Below are positions 15,730-27,475 of a stretch of DNA of 64,000 nt, piece by piece (the first letter of the stretch is position 1; the number at the start of each line of letters is the position of its first letter). The notes under the pieces were generated by a model. The model was given only the letters and a program-made list of their open reading frames with translations, ran no database searches and was not told the origin of the DNA. A program made the position numbers and the translations under genes. Source of the DNA: the human T2T-CHM13v2.0 reference genome, Homo sapiens; NCBI RefSeq assembly GCF_009914755.1, contig NC_060947.1; one strand, 5' to 3'.

Positions 15730-16142
15730 TGATATAGTTTGGATATGTGTCCCCACCCAAATCTCATGTTGAAATGTAATCCCCAATGTTGGAGGTGGGG
15801 CCTGGTGGGACATAATTGGATCATGGGGGTGGTTTCTCATGAATGGTTTAACTCCATCCCCCTTGGTACTGTTGTTGCAAAAGTGATTAAGTTCTCATGA
15901 GATCTGGTTGTTTAAAAGTGTGTAACACCTCCCTCCTTTCTCCTTGATCTCTCTTACCATGTGATGTGCCTGCACCCCTTTGTCTTCCACCATGGGAAGC
16001 TTCCTGAGGCCTCCCCAGAAGCAGATGCTGCTATGCTTCCTGTACAGCCTGCAGAACTATGTGCCAATTAAACTTTTTAAAAATATATAAATTGCCCAGT
16101 CTCAGGTATTTCTTTACAGCAATATGAGAATGAACTGATACA
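15730..16142 (+). mobile_element. MSTA-like MaLR solo LTR with 5-bp TSD GGGAG
   Basis: tgatatagtttggatatgtgtccccacccaaatctcatg ... aactgataca; GGGAG at 15725-15729 and 16143-16147. Appears to interrupt a MIR. Confidence 0.9.
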
Positions 16143-16975
16143 GGGAGACCAATACCCAGAGCAAAAAGAAAACTTCCCAAGGTCATGTTATAAGCCATGA
16201 CACAGCTGGGCCTGGAACTCAGGTCTCCTGACACTCTGCCTAGAGCTATTTTCAATGAACCTTCAAACCTGATGGCTTCCAGGAACCAGGTCATCAGGAA
16301 CCAGAGTCCAAGGAAGGTCAAAGCTTTCAGTATTCAGATATTACCTCATTTTCTGGTCTTGCAGAACAGGAAGATTTTTTTTTCATGAACAAATATTTGC
16401 TGAGAACCTACTATTATAAACAAGACAGCTCTAGCACTAGGGATATAGTTAAGAATAAAATAAAATAACTACCCTCATGGAGCTTACACTCTAGTAGGGG
16501 ACATAAACAATAAACAAAACTATAACATGGTAGAAGCAAAGTCAAAAGGCAAATGACAAACTAGTGGAAATAATTACAATTCTCATTACATACAAAGGAA
16601 AAATTTCTCTAACATACAAAGTACACCCAAAATCAATTAAGAAAAAGAAATCAGCAGTCTAATTGAAAACTGGGTATGACAGACATGGTTCCTGCTCTCA
16701 TGGAGTTTGCAATTGAGTGGAATAAACCCCTTTTTTCTTTAAGGCTACGGGAAACAGCTAGGCAGCAGGGTTTGAGGGGGCCAAAGGATATGGTGAGTCA
16801 TTGAGTAGCCTCTCTTATGCCATCTTAGCAATAAACTTCTTAATTTTAGAATTTGGAATTCTAAATTCTGACAAAATTATAAATCTCAGCTTTGCCACTT
16901 ACTAAATATGTGACGTTGAAGGAAGTTGCTTAATTTCTTCATGCTTCAATGCCTACATTTGCGAAATAGAAATGA

Positions 16976-17195
16976 TTCCTATTTTATAAGGTTATTGAGA
17001 GTAATAAGTGATATAATAGAGAGTGAGAGTAGGTGGTACATAATAAGTACTCAACAAAAGTGTTTTTCTTCCAATTCCCACTTCCTATTTTATAAGGTTA
17101 TTGAGAGTAATAAGTGATGTAATAGAGAGTGAGAGTAGGTGGTACATAATAAGTACTCAACAAAAGTGTTTTTCTTCCAATTCCCACTTCCTATT
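16976..17195. repeat. 106-bp tandem duplication
   Basis: Two copies starting at 16976 and 17082 with one mismatch; TTCCTATT at the junctions. Confidence 0.95.
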
Positions 17196-17599
17196 CTGCC
17201 TAGAACCGATAATAGAAGGCAGTGTCCCTTCTGATGCCAATATGAAGCTTTTCTGCTTCTTACCTTGCATTATCTGGCCTTTACAGGAGCTCTCAGGATT
17301 CCACTTTGTAACCCCATGAGGTATCAATTTTTTAGGGATTGACTGATTCCTGAATCAGTGCCAAATCTAGTTCTAGCAAATGTTTAGCTGTGGTGAAAGC
17401 TCAAGGGTCTGTTCTAAATTTTCTTTTTGTTTCCCAAAAGGCACAATTCTTGCCCTTCCTTTACTCAGAAGACAAACTAAGAAGATGAAAATAGTCTGTG
17501 TGTGCCAAGTCAATGATATCACGGGCAACTACCCCAGTCTGAATTAGGAAATATCTCTATACTGATATATAGATACATACAGATATATAGATATATTCA

Positions 17600-18046
17600 T
17601 TTAATTTTTTATTGTAAATTTATAATTGTATTTGTGGGATACAAAGTGATGTTATGATTTATGAATACAATGTGGAGTAATTAAATTTAATATATCCATT
17701 GTCTCAAATACTTATAATTTGTTGAATAATTTGAAATGTACTCTCTTAGCAATTCTGAAACATGCAATATACTATTATTAACTGTATTCACCATGCTGTG
17801 CAATAGATCTCAAAAAAACCCTATTCCTTCTGTCTGAAACTTTGTACCCTTTGAAAATTATCTCCCCATTCCACCCACCCCCAAGCCTCTGTAACCGTCA
17901 TTCTACTCTCCGCTTCTATAACTTTCATTATCTTAGAATCCACCTGTAAGTGAGATTATGTGGCATTTGTCTTCCTGTGCCTGGCTTATTTCACTTCACG
18001 TAATCTCCAATTCCATTTATGTTGTTGAAAATGACAGAATTTCCTC
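17600..18046 (-). mobile_element. L1MA-type 3' end
   Basis: tttataattgtatttgtgggatacaaagtgatg ... ccacctgtaagtgagattatgtggcatttgtcttcctgtgcctggcttatttcactt. Confidence 0.8.
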
Positions 18047-18202
18047 TTATTTATTTATTTTTTGAGACAAGGTTTTCCTCTGTTGCCTAGGCTGGAGTGC
18101 AGTGGCTATTCACAGGTGACCATAGTGCACTACAGCCTTGAACTCCTGGGCTCAAGTGATCCTCCTGCTTCAGCCTCCCCAGTAGCTGGGACTACAGGTG
18201 TG
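18047..18202 (-). mobile_element. FAM fossil Alu monomer
   Basis: Diagnostic gcagtggctattcacagg...catagtgcactacagcc (7SL-like monomer). Confidence 0.8.
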
Positions 18203-20226
18203 ATGTGAATAGTGGGAGTGAGAGACAGACTAGAGTGAGAATATATATTTTAAATAAATACATGTTTGTTCCTTCCAAATATACTATTTACAATAGGCTA
18301 TTGAAAGTTGATTCCTCATTCATTTCTTCATTGTCCATTTAAAATTTTTCCCAAGGGAGTGTATATTTAGGGCAACTCGAATCTATGCTCCTGAGTTGCA
18401 GCTCTCAAGCTTGGCCCAGATAAACTCTTTACTCATTTTAAGAAAAAAACAAACAAACAAAACAAAAACAGCTACTGCTTAGTAAAAACCTTTAGGTGGG
18501 CCATTATAGGAAATAGATTAAAATGGTTGATTAGGGTCACTTCAGTTATTTCTGCCATAGATGGAAGGTTCTGAAGGACTCTAAGTGGGAGTGAGGTATG
18601 GGTAGTAAGTAGAACCAGTTTGGTTTTCTGTCTTTAAACAACTCCCTGGAACTCCTATTTTATTTACTTCATTTATTTTGTCTTTCTAAGAAGCTAAACA
18701 AAAGCTTCAGCTCAGACTTATCTAACAATCATAAATTGGAAATTAATGAGGTTTTCTTGGAAAAAACTGCCCTTAAAGACTGAGATGATAACTGACTTGA
18801 ATTTGACATTTTCCAGCCAGAGACATATTGTATATTTTTTTGTAGATTGCTCCAAAATTTCTACCTTTCATAAATTGTTGCATGATATTTATATCCTACA
18901 TCTGCCATTTAATAGGTAATTATAGTATCTCCCTCATAAGGTTGTTGTTAGGATTACATAAACTAACATATGTAAAGGGCTTCAAACAGTGCCTGGCACT
19001 TAGTAAGCTCACAATACTTGTTAATTATTGTTATTCCAGTACAAAATGGATCTCCTGATAGGTCGAACCTCTTTGCCAGGTTTCCTCCAGAGCACATTTG
19101 GTGTGTTGGATAGGCCTTTGGGCTACTATTATTCTACGATATCTATAGATACTTAAAAATGCTCTCAGGCTTATATTTGCCATTTTGTATCGGTAGTCTC
19201 CCTATTCACACAAGCTCACCATATTCTTTCCTATCTCTGCACCTTTACTTGGGTTCTTTCCTCTGCCTGAAATGCCTTTCTCTGATTATTGATCCTGTTA
19301 TCCTTCAAGGCTCTTTTAAAATTCGGCCTCTTCTGTGAAGTCTCTAATCCAACCAGTTGAAATTAACTTTTTTTTCCTGTTTGTTGCCATAGTCTGGACC
19401 CCTAAAATCCTAGGCTTGAATATAGAAGGGCACTGCATCACATATATACACTTTCTGGCTTCTCATGTCTCAAACGCCCAACATAGCATACAAGTCCTTT
19501 CTTAGTTTGGCCCCCGGCTTAACTCTTCTATTTGCTTTGTGCTATTTTTTCCTTTGCTCACTCTTTTTCAAGCCATACCAGCCTTTTATCTTCTTGGAAT
19601 ATGCCACATTATTCTCCATCTCAGAACCTTTATACATGTTGCTTCTTCTGCTTGGAATTGCCTTGCACCCATTATCCACTTGGCTCACTACTTTTCATTT
19701 TTCCGTCTCACTTTAAAAGTTACTTCCTTAGAGAAGTTTTCTTGACCTATCCAAGTCTGGTGGATTATGTTATCCTGTTACGTGTTCTCCCTGCTCTCTG
19801 ATCTTCCCCCTTTCTTGACATATTTAAAAAATTTGTTTAATGGCTATTTTCCACCACACGGTATATGTCAAGAAGGCAAGCGTTTTATATGTCTTTTTCA
19901 CTTCTGCATCTTGAGTACCTTGCACCATGCCTGACACTTAGAACACATTCAACTTGTATTTGTTTTGTGAATAAATTTAATCAGACTTATTGTAGAGATG
20001 GAAATTTGGAGGCCCAGAAAGGGAGAGGGATTTGCTCAAGGTCACACAGAGAATTAGTGGCAGAGAAAAGACTGTAGCCCAGATCTCCTGACCCTCAGTA
20101 CAGTTCTCTTTTCCATACATGCACCTCCACTATTGTACTCATTTTTTGAACATGCTTATGTAGCACTCTGTTTTCTGGACTAGATTGTGAATTCCTAGAG
20201 GGTAGGGACCATGTCTTATACCTGTT

Positions 20227-20498
20227 CTGGTCAATACAGTAGCCACTAGCCACAGATGGCAATTTAACACTAGAAATATGGCAAGTTCAAATTGAGATGT
20301 ACTGTTTGCATAAAATACATACTACATTTTGAATAATGTAAAATATCTTATTAACAAATACTTACATTGTTTACAGGTTGAAATAACATTGTGGATGTAT
20401 TGAGCTAAACAAAATATATTATTAAAATTAGTTTCACTTAAAAATTTTTCATGTGGTTATTATAATAATTGTGGCTCGCATTACATTTGTATTAGATT
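20227..20498. mobile_element. MER3/MER33-like hAT-Charlie MITE
   Basis: caatacagtagccactagccaca ... aattgagatgtactg ... gtggctcgcattacatttgtattaga. Confidence 0.7.
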
Positions 20499-23245
20499 GT
20501 TGTATATTTCTGTTCTGTTGTATGTTTATTTTTTCCCCTTTTGCCAAGCATAGAGCTTTGTAGCCAGTAGGTGCTCAACACACCCTTGCTGAATATACTT
20601 AAGCTGTAGTTATTGGGTTAATTGCTGCCATTTATCTTGTCAGTGTCACTGTTTTGTGGCAGCCTCACAGTGAAACCTCTGTCCCTAGGCCCAGGTGTAC
20701 AAAAAGTTCTTTAGTCCTGGCCTGCGGGTGCCCTACACATTGCATCAGCCTTTGTATTTCCTTTCAGAGGAAACCCCAATGCAATCCTATGCATAGCAAT
20801 CACTAGGGTTGAGGTAGAGTGTGTGGACACAAGCCACTTGCACAGGAAGTGGCCTTAGCTTTGCAATTTTCCCTGGGGCCTCTTCTTGAAAGTCTTCTGA
20901 AAGGAGGTGGGGGTGAGTGAACAGGAAGATAAACTCAAAGTGAAGGGTGGGGGCTTCTCAGCTCCTTCATGGAGGTTGGGTAAGCTAAGCAATGTGGGGA
21001 CATTGGGCTATGAGGTCTCTTTCTTTTGCTTATGCATTGACTCATTCACTTATTCACCTCACAGTTCTGGGATAACTAGTTTATTCCTAGGCCTAAGAAG
21101 ACAGTAAAGATCAAACATAGTTCCTACTTTGGGCAGTGCTTGGTCTTCTGGGAGAGACTGACACCTAAGTGCTGTGTGGATGTTTTTCAAGAGTAGAGGA
21201 GGGCAAGGTGGGAAGCAACTAATTTTGCAGGTGGTTGTCAGAGAAGGCTTTCCAGAGACAGTGAGCATCATTTTTTTCCTCTCTATCCCTTAAGATGTAG
21301 CCAAAATCTTATTCTTCTGAGAACCTTTCCAGTTACCATCACCTTCTCATCTTCTGCCCTGGGAGAATCTTATATACGTATCTGACGGCACTTCATGACT
21401 TTGTCAAATTACTTATCATATTCTGTAGGGTGACATAGCTCTTGGGGTGCACACCTGTCTTCCATTTCCCTTTAGCCTGAGAATCCTTCAATCTGATGTG
21501 AGGACTAAGGCTCAGACAGGCTGTGTGTGATTGTTCAAGGTCACATAATCAATAAGTTACAGAGCTTGGTCTATAACCCAGGGTCTAAGATGCAGGGACT
21601 CTGATTCAGTGTTCTTTCCATTCCAGTACTGCGGAAACAAATGAGTGTGTCTGCAGTGTGGGACCCCAGCACTGCCTGCTTGCTCCGCTTGTCAACTATT
21701 TTCCCTTCTTTCTCATCTCCCTTCACAAGCACAGGCAAGGCAGAAATCATACAAAATGGGAAAACTTTGTGACTTTTGGTTGCTCTCTGCAGAAGCCTGG
21801 ACAACAGATCAAAAAGAAGAAGCCCCTTTGTGCTGTTATTGGAAACTTGGCCCTTCCCAGCATACTTTGTGTTTGTGGGCTAAAGAGGAACTCTGAGCAC
21901 AGTTCCCTTTTCTCGCATTCAGGCCATATGCATAGGTAGTATGATTTTCAGAGCCTTCTGTTTCCTAATGCTCTCTTTTATTGCCCTGTCTTTGGACTCA
22001 AAATAGATACCATTAATTACTACTTTAGGTAAACACATTGTCTCCAGAAACCCCTGTTAAAAGGCCAGTAGAGTACCCTAATTGATAGGGAAGAAAAAAA
22101 CGTGTGTAGCTAAACTTAATCTCTATGGTATGCGTAGGAAGAAGGGGGTCCCATTTTAGCAAAGTGCCCGCAGGACTACCCTACTTCCGCTCCAAGCTTT
22201 AGTCAGAAACCAAAAGAAACAAGAACTGAATCTTTCTAGAAGCTAGATCTGGGGTCTTGAGGCCTGAGCCAATAAATTATTCTGGTAGAAGGAAGTTTTC
22301 TACAGAGTGATGTTAGTGCAAGTGAATCCCTATTTCAGGCTTTCACAGAGCCTCAGGTCCTGCAACCATGGGGAAGCCCACAGTGAGTAACGAAGAGCCA
22401 CAAAGGAACCAGGGAATGTTTGAGTTGGAGTGGTCTCCAAGACCATTTAGTCCAACCTCTGTTGATTAAAGGAGAAACTAATGCCCAGGGAGGTAGTAGA
22501 GTGGGGACTAGGGCCCAGGGCTCTTGGCTCGCAGAATGTGGTCTTTCTTTTGAGCCTGAGTATATAAGAATGTACATAGCTTGAAAAGATTATTTACCAC
22601 GGCTTGACTATCACTCAGGGCCATACTTCCACTAGTGTAGACAGAGGACTGTGACTTGGGCACTGCAGTCATTGAAAGCTATCAAAGTATAACCTGAAAG
22701 CATTGCCCCTCCCATCCTTCATGCCATCAGAATTCATGGTGGAGGGCACTGCATGATGGGAATTCATCATCTTCCTGGCTGTTAGTGGGGACTTCCAGGA
22801 GACTGCAAACATGAGGCATTAAGAAACCATCCACCTTCTTTTCACACCTTTCATGTCCCTCATTAGCCTGAAGGTCACAGTTGAACTTAGGGGTCTGGCA
22901 CTAATTTTTCTTTCTCAAAGTCAACTACTTTCTTCTCCCTTCCTTGTAGCCAATGTGGGAAAGTAGACGAAAACCTCAACATTTGGAGTTAGACCTGAGT
23001 GAAAAATCTGCCTTCTCTATTATTTTCTAGTTTTGTTTCCTTAGACAGGTCACTTTATTTCTGTGTGCCTCAGTTTCCTCACCTATAAATAAGAATAATA
23101 ATACCATACCAGAGAGTTGTTGAATAAATTAGATAATACACATGAAAGAATATCATAAGTACTCCAATAAATGTGAATTTCCTTATTTATTTCCTTCAGC
23201 AAGCCCCAAGATGACAGAATGTGGCTTGTGGTCATAACTGTGCCC

Positions 23246-23420
23246 CAGAGCCAGCTTCATAGGCATATGACTTGTACAGCTTCACAGGGCTCCATGCTTA
23301 GAAGGACCCCACACTTAGTTTAATGTTCTGCTGTCATCATCTTGATATTCTTAATTTTTAAATAAAGGGCCTATCGTTTTCATTTTTTACTGGGCCTTGC
23401 AAATTATGTAGCTGGTTCTG
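23246..23420. mobile_element. MER91-like hAT-Tip100 MITE
   Basis: Terminal inverted repeats CAGAGCCAGCT ... AGCTGGTTCTG; internal gggccttgcaaattatgt. Confidence 0.65.
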
Positions 23421-23814
23421 TATGCCAGGAGAGAAGTTGGAAGTAAAATGGTATTCCAGGACCAGGAGGCATTCTGGCAGAGTGAAAGAACATGTGATTT
23501 GGAGTCCATGGGGATGGGTTTAAATTTCAGCTTTCCACTAATTTGCTTTGTGATACTGAGTATTTCCTTTTATCCCTCAGAGGCTCTGTTTCTCAATTTT
23601 GACTACGGGTTTTTTCATTAGATAATGTCTCAGTTCTGGTATTCCAGGTTTCCCTCAATTATTCTGGGAAAACCTCCTTGACCCACAGGCAGAGCCTAGG
23701 GCAGCCAGGTGCTTTCTACTCTCTCTCTCTCTGCAGCTTGGAAAGTTAGTGTCTGTTGAAGGTCAGCTGGGAGTTGGTGGAGGCAGGGCAGTGGCCTGCT
23801 ACTATTGCTGCAGT

Positions 23815-23960
23815 AGCAGACCCTTTCACAACAGCATTGTTTTGTCATTTTGCATCCAGATTTCCGTTGGCTAACCTCAGTCTTATCTTCCTCATTTCTG
23901 TTTCCTGTTGAAGACACCAAGGGCCCTTCAAAACACAGAAGCTTCTTGCTCACGGCAGAA
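23815..23960 (+). promoter_or_regulatory. Myeloid core promoter of pri-miR-223 (PU.1, C/EBP, GATA motifs)
   Basis: TTTCACAA at 23824-23831 (C/EBP-like), CTTATCT at 23882-23888 (GATA), TTCCTC at 23888-23893 and TTTCCTG at 23901-23907 (ETS/PU.1 cores). Position matches the described PU.1/C/EBP promoter. Confidence 0.65.
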
Positions 23961-26639
23961 AGCCCAATTCCATCTGGCCCCTGCAGGTTGGCTCAGCACT
24001 GGGGAATCAGAGTCCCCTCCATGACCAAGGCACCACTCCACTGACAGGTATGGTATCCATTTGCCCTCTCTTCTTGGATTCTCAAGCTGGGGCAGAGTCC
24101 ATGGCAGCCAAGGGTGGCTTGGATCTGCCCATCCCATTCTCTTCAGACCCTCCTCAGGGATTAAGGTCAAAGGTGGGAGGAAGAAGGCTTCCATTGGCCT
24201 TTTATCCTAGAGGTTCTAATGGAGGGGAAAAGGGGATAGGATATTTTCTATCCAATCAGGATGTTTAGGAGATAGTCACATGGAAGTGGAATGGCCTTTG
24301 GACCCAGGAGTCAGGAAACCTGAGTAGCAGTCCTGGTTTTACCATTTACCCAATGTGTATCTTTGGGTAAGTCCTTTCTCCAATCTAGGACACAGTTTTT
24401 TCACCCCTTTTGCAAAATAAAAAAGTAAAAAGAGGAAAAGAATGATTAGATAGATGCTGTCTAGAGACCCATGGTTATTAGATTCCTAATTTTCATGATT
24501 GTCAGCCCTCTGTCAAGAAAGAAGATGAGAGTAATCTTTGCATATGTAACTGTGGGTGGGGCTGAACACATTCAAGAGGAGAGTGCTGGTGGTAATCCAT
24601 ATAGCACTCTCTGAGAGGCATGACTCAAAGATGAAAGCCTCTTTTCTAGTCCAATCTTTGACTCCTAGAGATTCAAAATTGAAAGACTCTTAGAGACTAG
24701 GTACATATGGAAGAAACTGAGGTCCAGAAAGAGGAAGAAAGGGACTTGCCCAAAGTCATACAGAGAATCTGTAGCACAGCTGGGTCTGGGCTCCCAGGTC
24801 AGTCCTCTTTTTGCTCTATCCTAGGAGGACTGAGACATCAAGCAGCAGGACCTGTCCTGTAACTGACCCAGGACAGGTCCTGCTCATACTAGAGGCAGTC
24901 TGGGATTTTTAGGCATGGTCCTGAGGACTTCTTCTTTTCTTCTATTTTTCTTTCAGGTACTTGGCTCACTCTGAGTGTTCAGAGATTCCTAGACACCTAC
25001 TTACCCCTAATTCTTCTGGTCTATTCCCTCCAATTCCCTCCATAAAAACTGACCCATCCTTTGCATCAACAATAGTGGCTTGATGACGCTCTTCAGTAGA
25101 GGATTTTGCATTTCATATGGGGAAAAATGATGTTATTCTAAGTAATATAACAGACCAAGAGAAGAGCTTTCAAATTCCCTTAATATCATCCCATATAGAT
25201 ATTTATGTCTTCTTTCTATGGGTCTGGTGAACATTTCTCAACTGAATGTGATTTTCTTACATACACTCCATTGGAGAGGCATACCAGTCTAGTTTCAGCT
25301 CAACCACTAACTCCTTCCATTAATACTGAAGCAATGTTGTCTATAAGGCTCCACAAATTTCAAAGTACTAATAATTTTTAGCCCCTTTCATGCCTCCTTT
25401 CCAGCCTTTCTGGAGGTGAATAAAGTCAGAAAGTGCATTCAAAAGGCTGTGAACACCTCCAGCTTATCTAGGTCTTCTTACTGGAGCTGACAGCCAATGA
25501 GTGTAATGATACAAAAAAGGTAACAATCCATTTCTTTTTCTCCTGCCATCCCCAACTCAGACTCTGTTAATCAGCTTGCTTGGCTGGCCTCCAACCATAG
25601 GTCCAGGGGCTGAGACAAGGTCCTTTTGAGCTCCTATGTGGGAGGCTCTGGAAAGCTTAGCAACACTTTCCAACAACTTTGCCAGGTAAGTAGGTAAGTC
25701 TCCTTGTTCTCATTTCCAGAGAAGACAACTGAAACCCAAAGAAAGACTTGCCCAAGCCATGATTGGCTAGTTGATGGCCAAGACAGCATTAGAACACAAG
25801 TTTGTCGATTCTGTCATGCCATATTTGGTGACCATGACTGCTGCTTTTGCTGCTGGGTGGATTAGGCTGAATTGGGTAGGTAGAAAAGGAAGTGAGGGAG
25901 TGAAAGAGCTTTAGTTTTGAGATGACTGCCAGAACTTAAATTGAAGGAGTATGTTACCTTCTTAACATTCAATTAAAAGAATAGAGCAAGAAAAGACACT
26001 GATTGTTTTCTTGCTGAAAGACAAGGCTGAATCCCTCTGTCTTACCTGGGCTGGGACAGGGCTTTCCGGCCTCATGGGGGCAGTTTACCATTTCTGGTAA
26101 CCTTGTGATGTTTGCCACTTTTCATGACAATATTTAATGTAGACCAGCTACCTGCTCACAGATCAACTGCCACAGCTGGTAAGGGCAGTAATTTGACACC
26201 AGCAACCTGGGATTTTTAGCAACAGGATCTGATTGTTGCCAAGGGAATTCTCCCAGAAGTTTCAGACCTGACCCTGCTCCTGGCAGCTTCCTTATTGCCC
26301 TGGTGGCTTGTGGGTTCAGTGATCCCAAATGTTGCATTACAAAGCTATTGCCTGTTTTTGCCCTCTTTGTTGATGTGTCTTCCCTTTCCCAGAGGGATAT
26401 ACAGAGAAGGGAGGCAAAATAACCAATGAGGAAAGCTGTATAAGGCATACTGCTGAACTGTAAAAAATTTATTGTATAAACTTTACAAGTCTCCTCCCCA
26501 ACAGGAGCCTTTGTTATCTCATTTATAACCTAAGTGAGTGAGACTAGATGATCTTTAAGGGCACTTTAATAGCTGCCATTCTTGAGTCCCTATGGGACAA
26601 GAGGATCATGTTAGGCAAGGCTGAGACCACAAGAAATCA

Positions 26640-26690
26640 ATGTCACACCTGTCCAGATCCTGCTAAATCAATTGCCAATAGCTCTTTCTT
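26640..26690 (+). promoter_or_regulatory. Overlapping C/EBP / NFI-type element ~700 bp upstream of pre-miR-223
   Basis: ATTGCCAAT at 26671-26679 contains an NFI half-site (TGCCAA) overlapping a C/EBP-like site. The distance agrees with the described C/EBPalpha-NFI-A competition element. Confidence 0.5.
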
Positions 26691-27365
26691 TCATTTTGGT
26701 CACACAACCACTACTTTTTGAGCATTTGTTATGTATTGAATACTGAACCAAAGGCTTTACATGCATTATCTCCTGTCATTCTCACAATAACCTTATGAGG
26801 TAGGTATTATACTTACATACATTTTGTGGGTGTAGAAAACTTGAGCTCAGAGAGGTGAAATGATGTATCCAAGGTTGCCTAACTAGCTAATGGAAGAACT
26901 AGGATTTAAGCTCATGTTTAACCTCAAAGCCTATGTGCATAACCACAACACTGAAAACACAGCTTGGGAGAATTGAGAAGAGGGAGCAAGGATGCTGACT
27001 CTAGGGTCTGGTACTTTCCTCAAGTCAGGGAGGCAGGATGATGACCAAATTTTCCCCTCTCTGCTGCATAGAGGAACCCACTGAAGCTTGGGACCCCTAG
27101 AAATGCCATAGCTACAGGACTCAGGCCTGATGAGCTTCCAGCTGAGCACTGGGTGTCACTCGGGCTTTACCTGCTTATCTTCAGGATCTCTCTTCTGGTT
27201 AGGAACCCTATGCCTATTTTGCTCACTTCCCTATTCTGGTGCTTTGGTTGGTCCTTTGAGCAAGATCCCCGGGGCTAAGGGTGTGACTTCATCATTCCTT
27301 TCTCTCTCTTTCCCTCTAGGGTCACATCTCCCAGGAAGATCTCACTTCCCCACAGAAGCTCTTGG

Positions 27366-27475
27366 CCTGGCCTCCTGCAGTGCCACGCTCCGTGTATTTG
27401 ACAAGCTGAGTTGGACACTCCATGTGGTAGAGTGTCAGTTTGTCAAATACCCCAAGTGCGGCACATGCTTACCAG
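27366..27475 (+). ncRNA. MIR223: pre-miR-223 hairpin (5p 27391-27412; 3p 27433-27454)
   Basis: Contains the miR-223-3p sequence TGTCAGTTTGTCAAATACCCCA and the 5p arm CGTGTATTTGACAAGCTGAGTT, which pair into a stem-loop. Confidence 0.99.
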
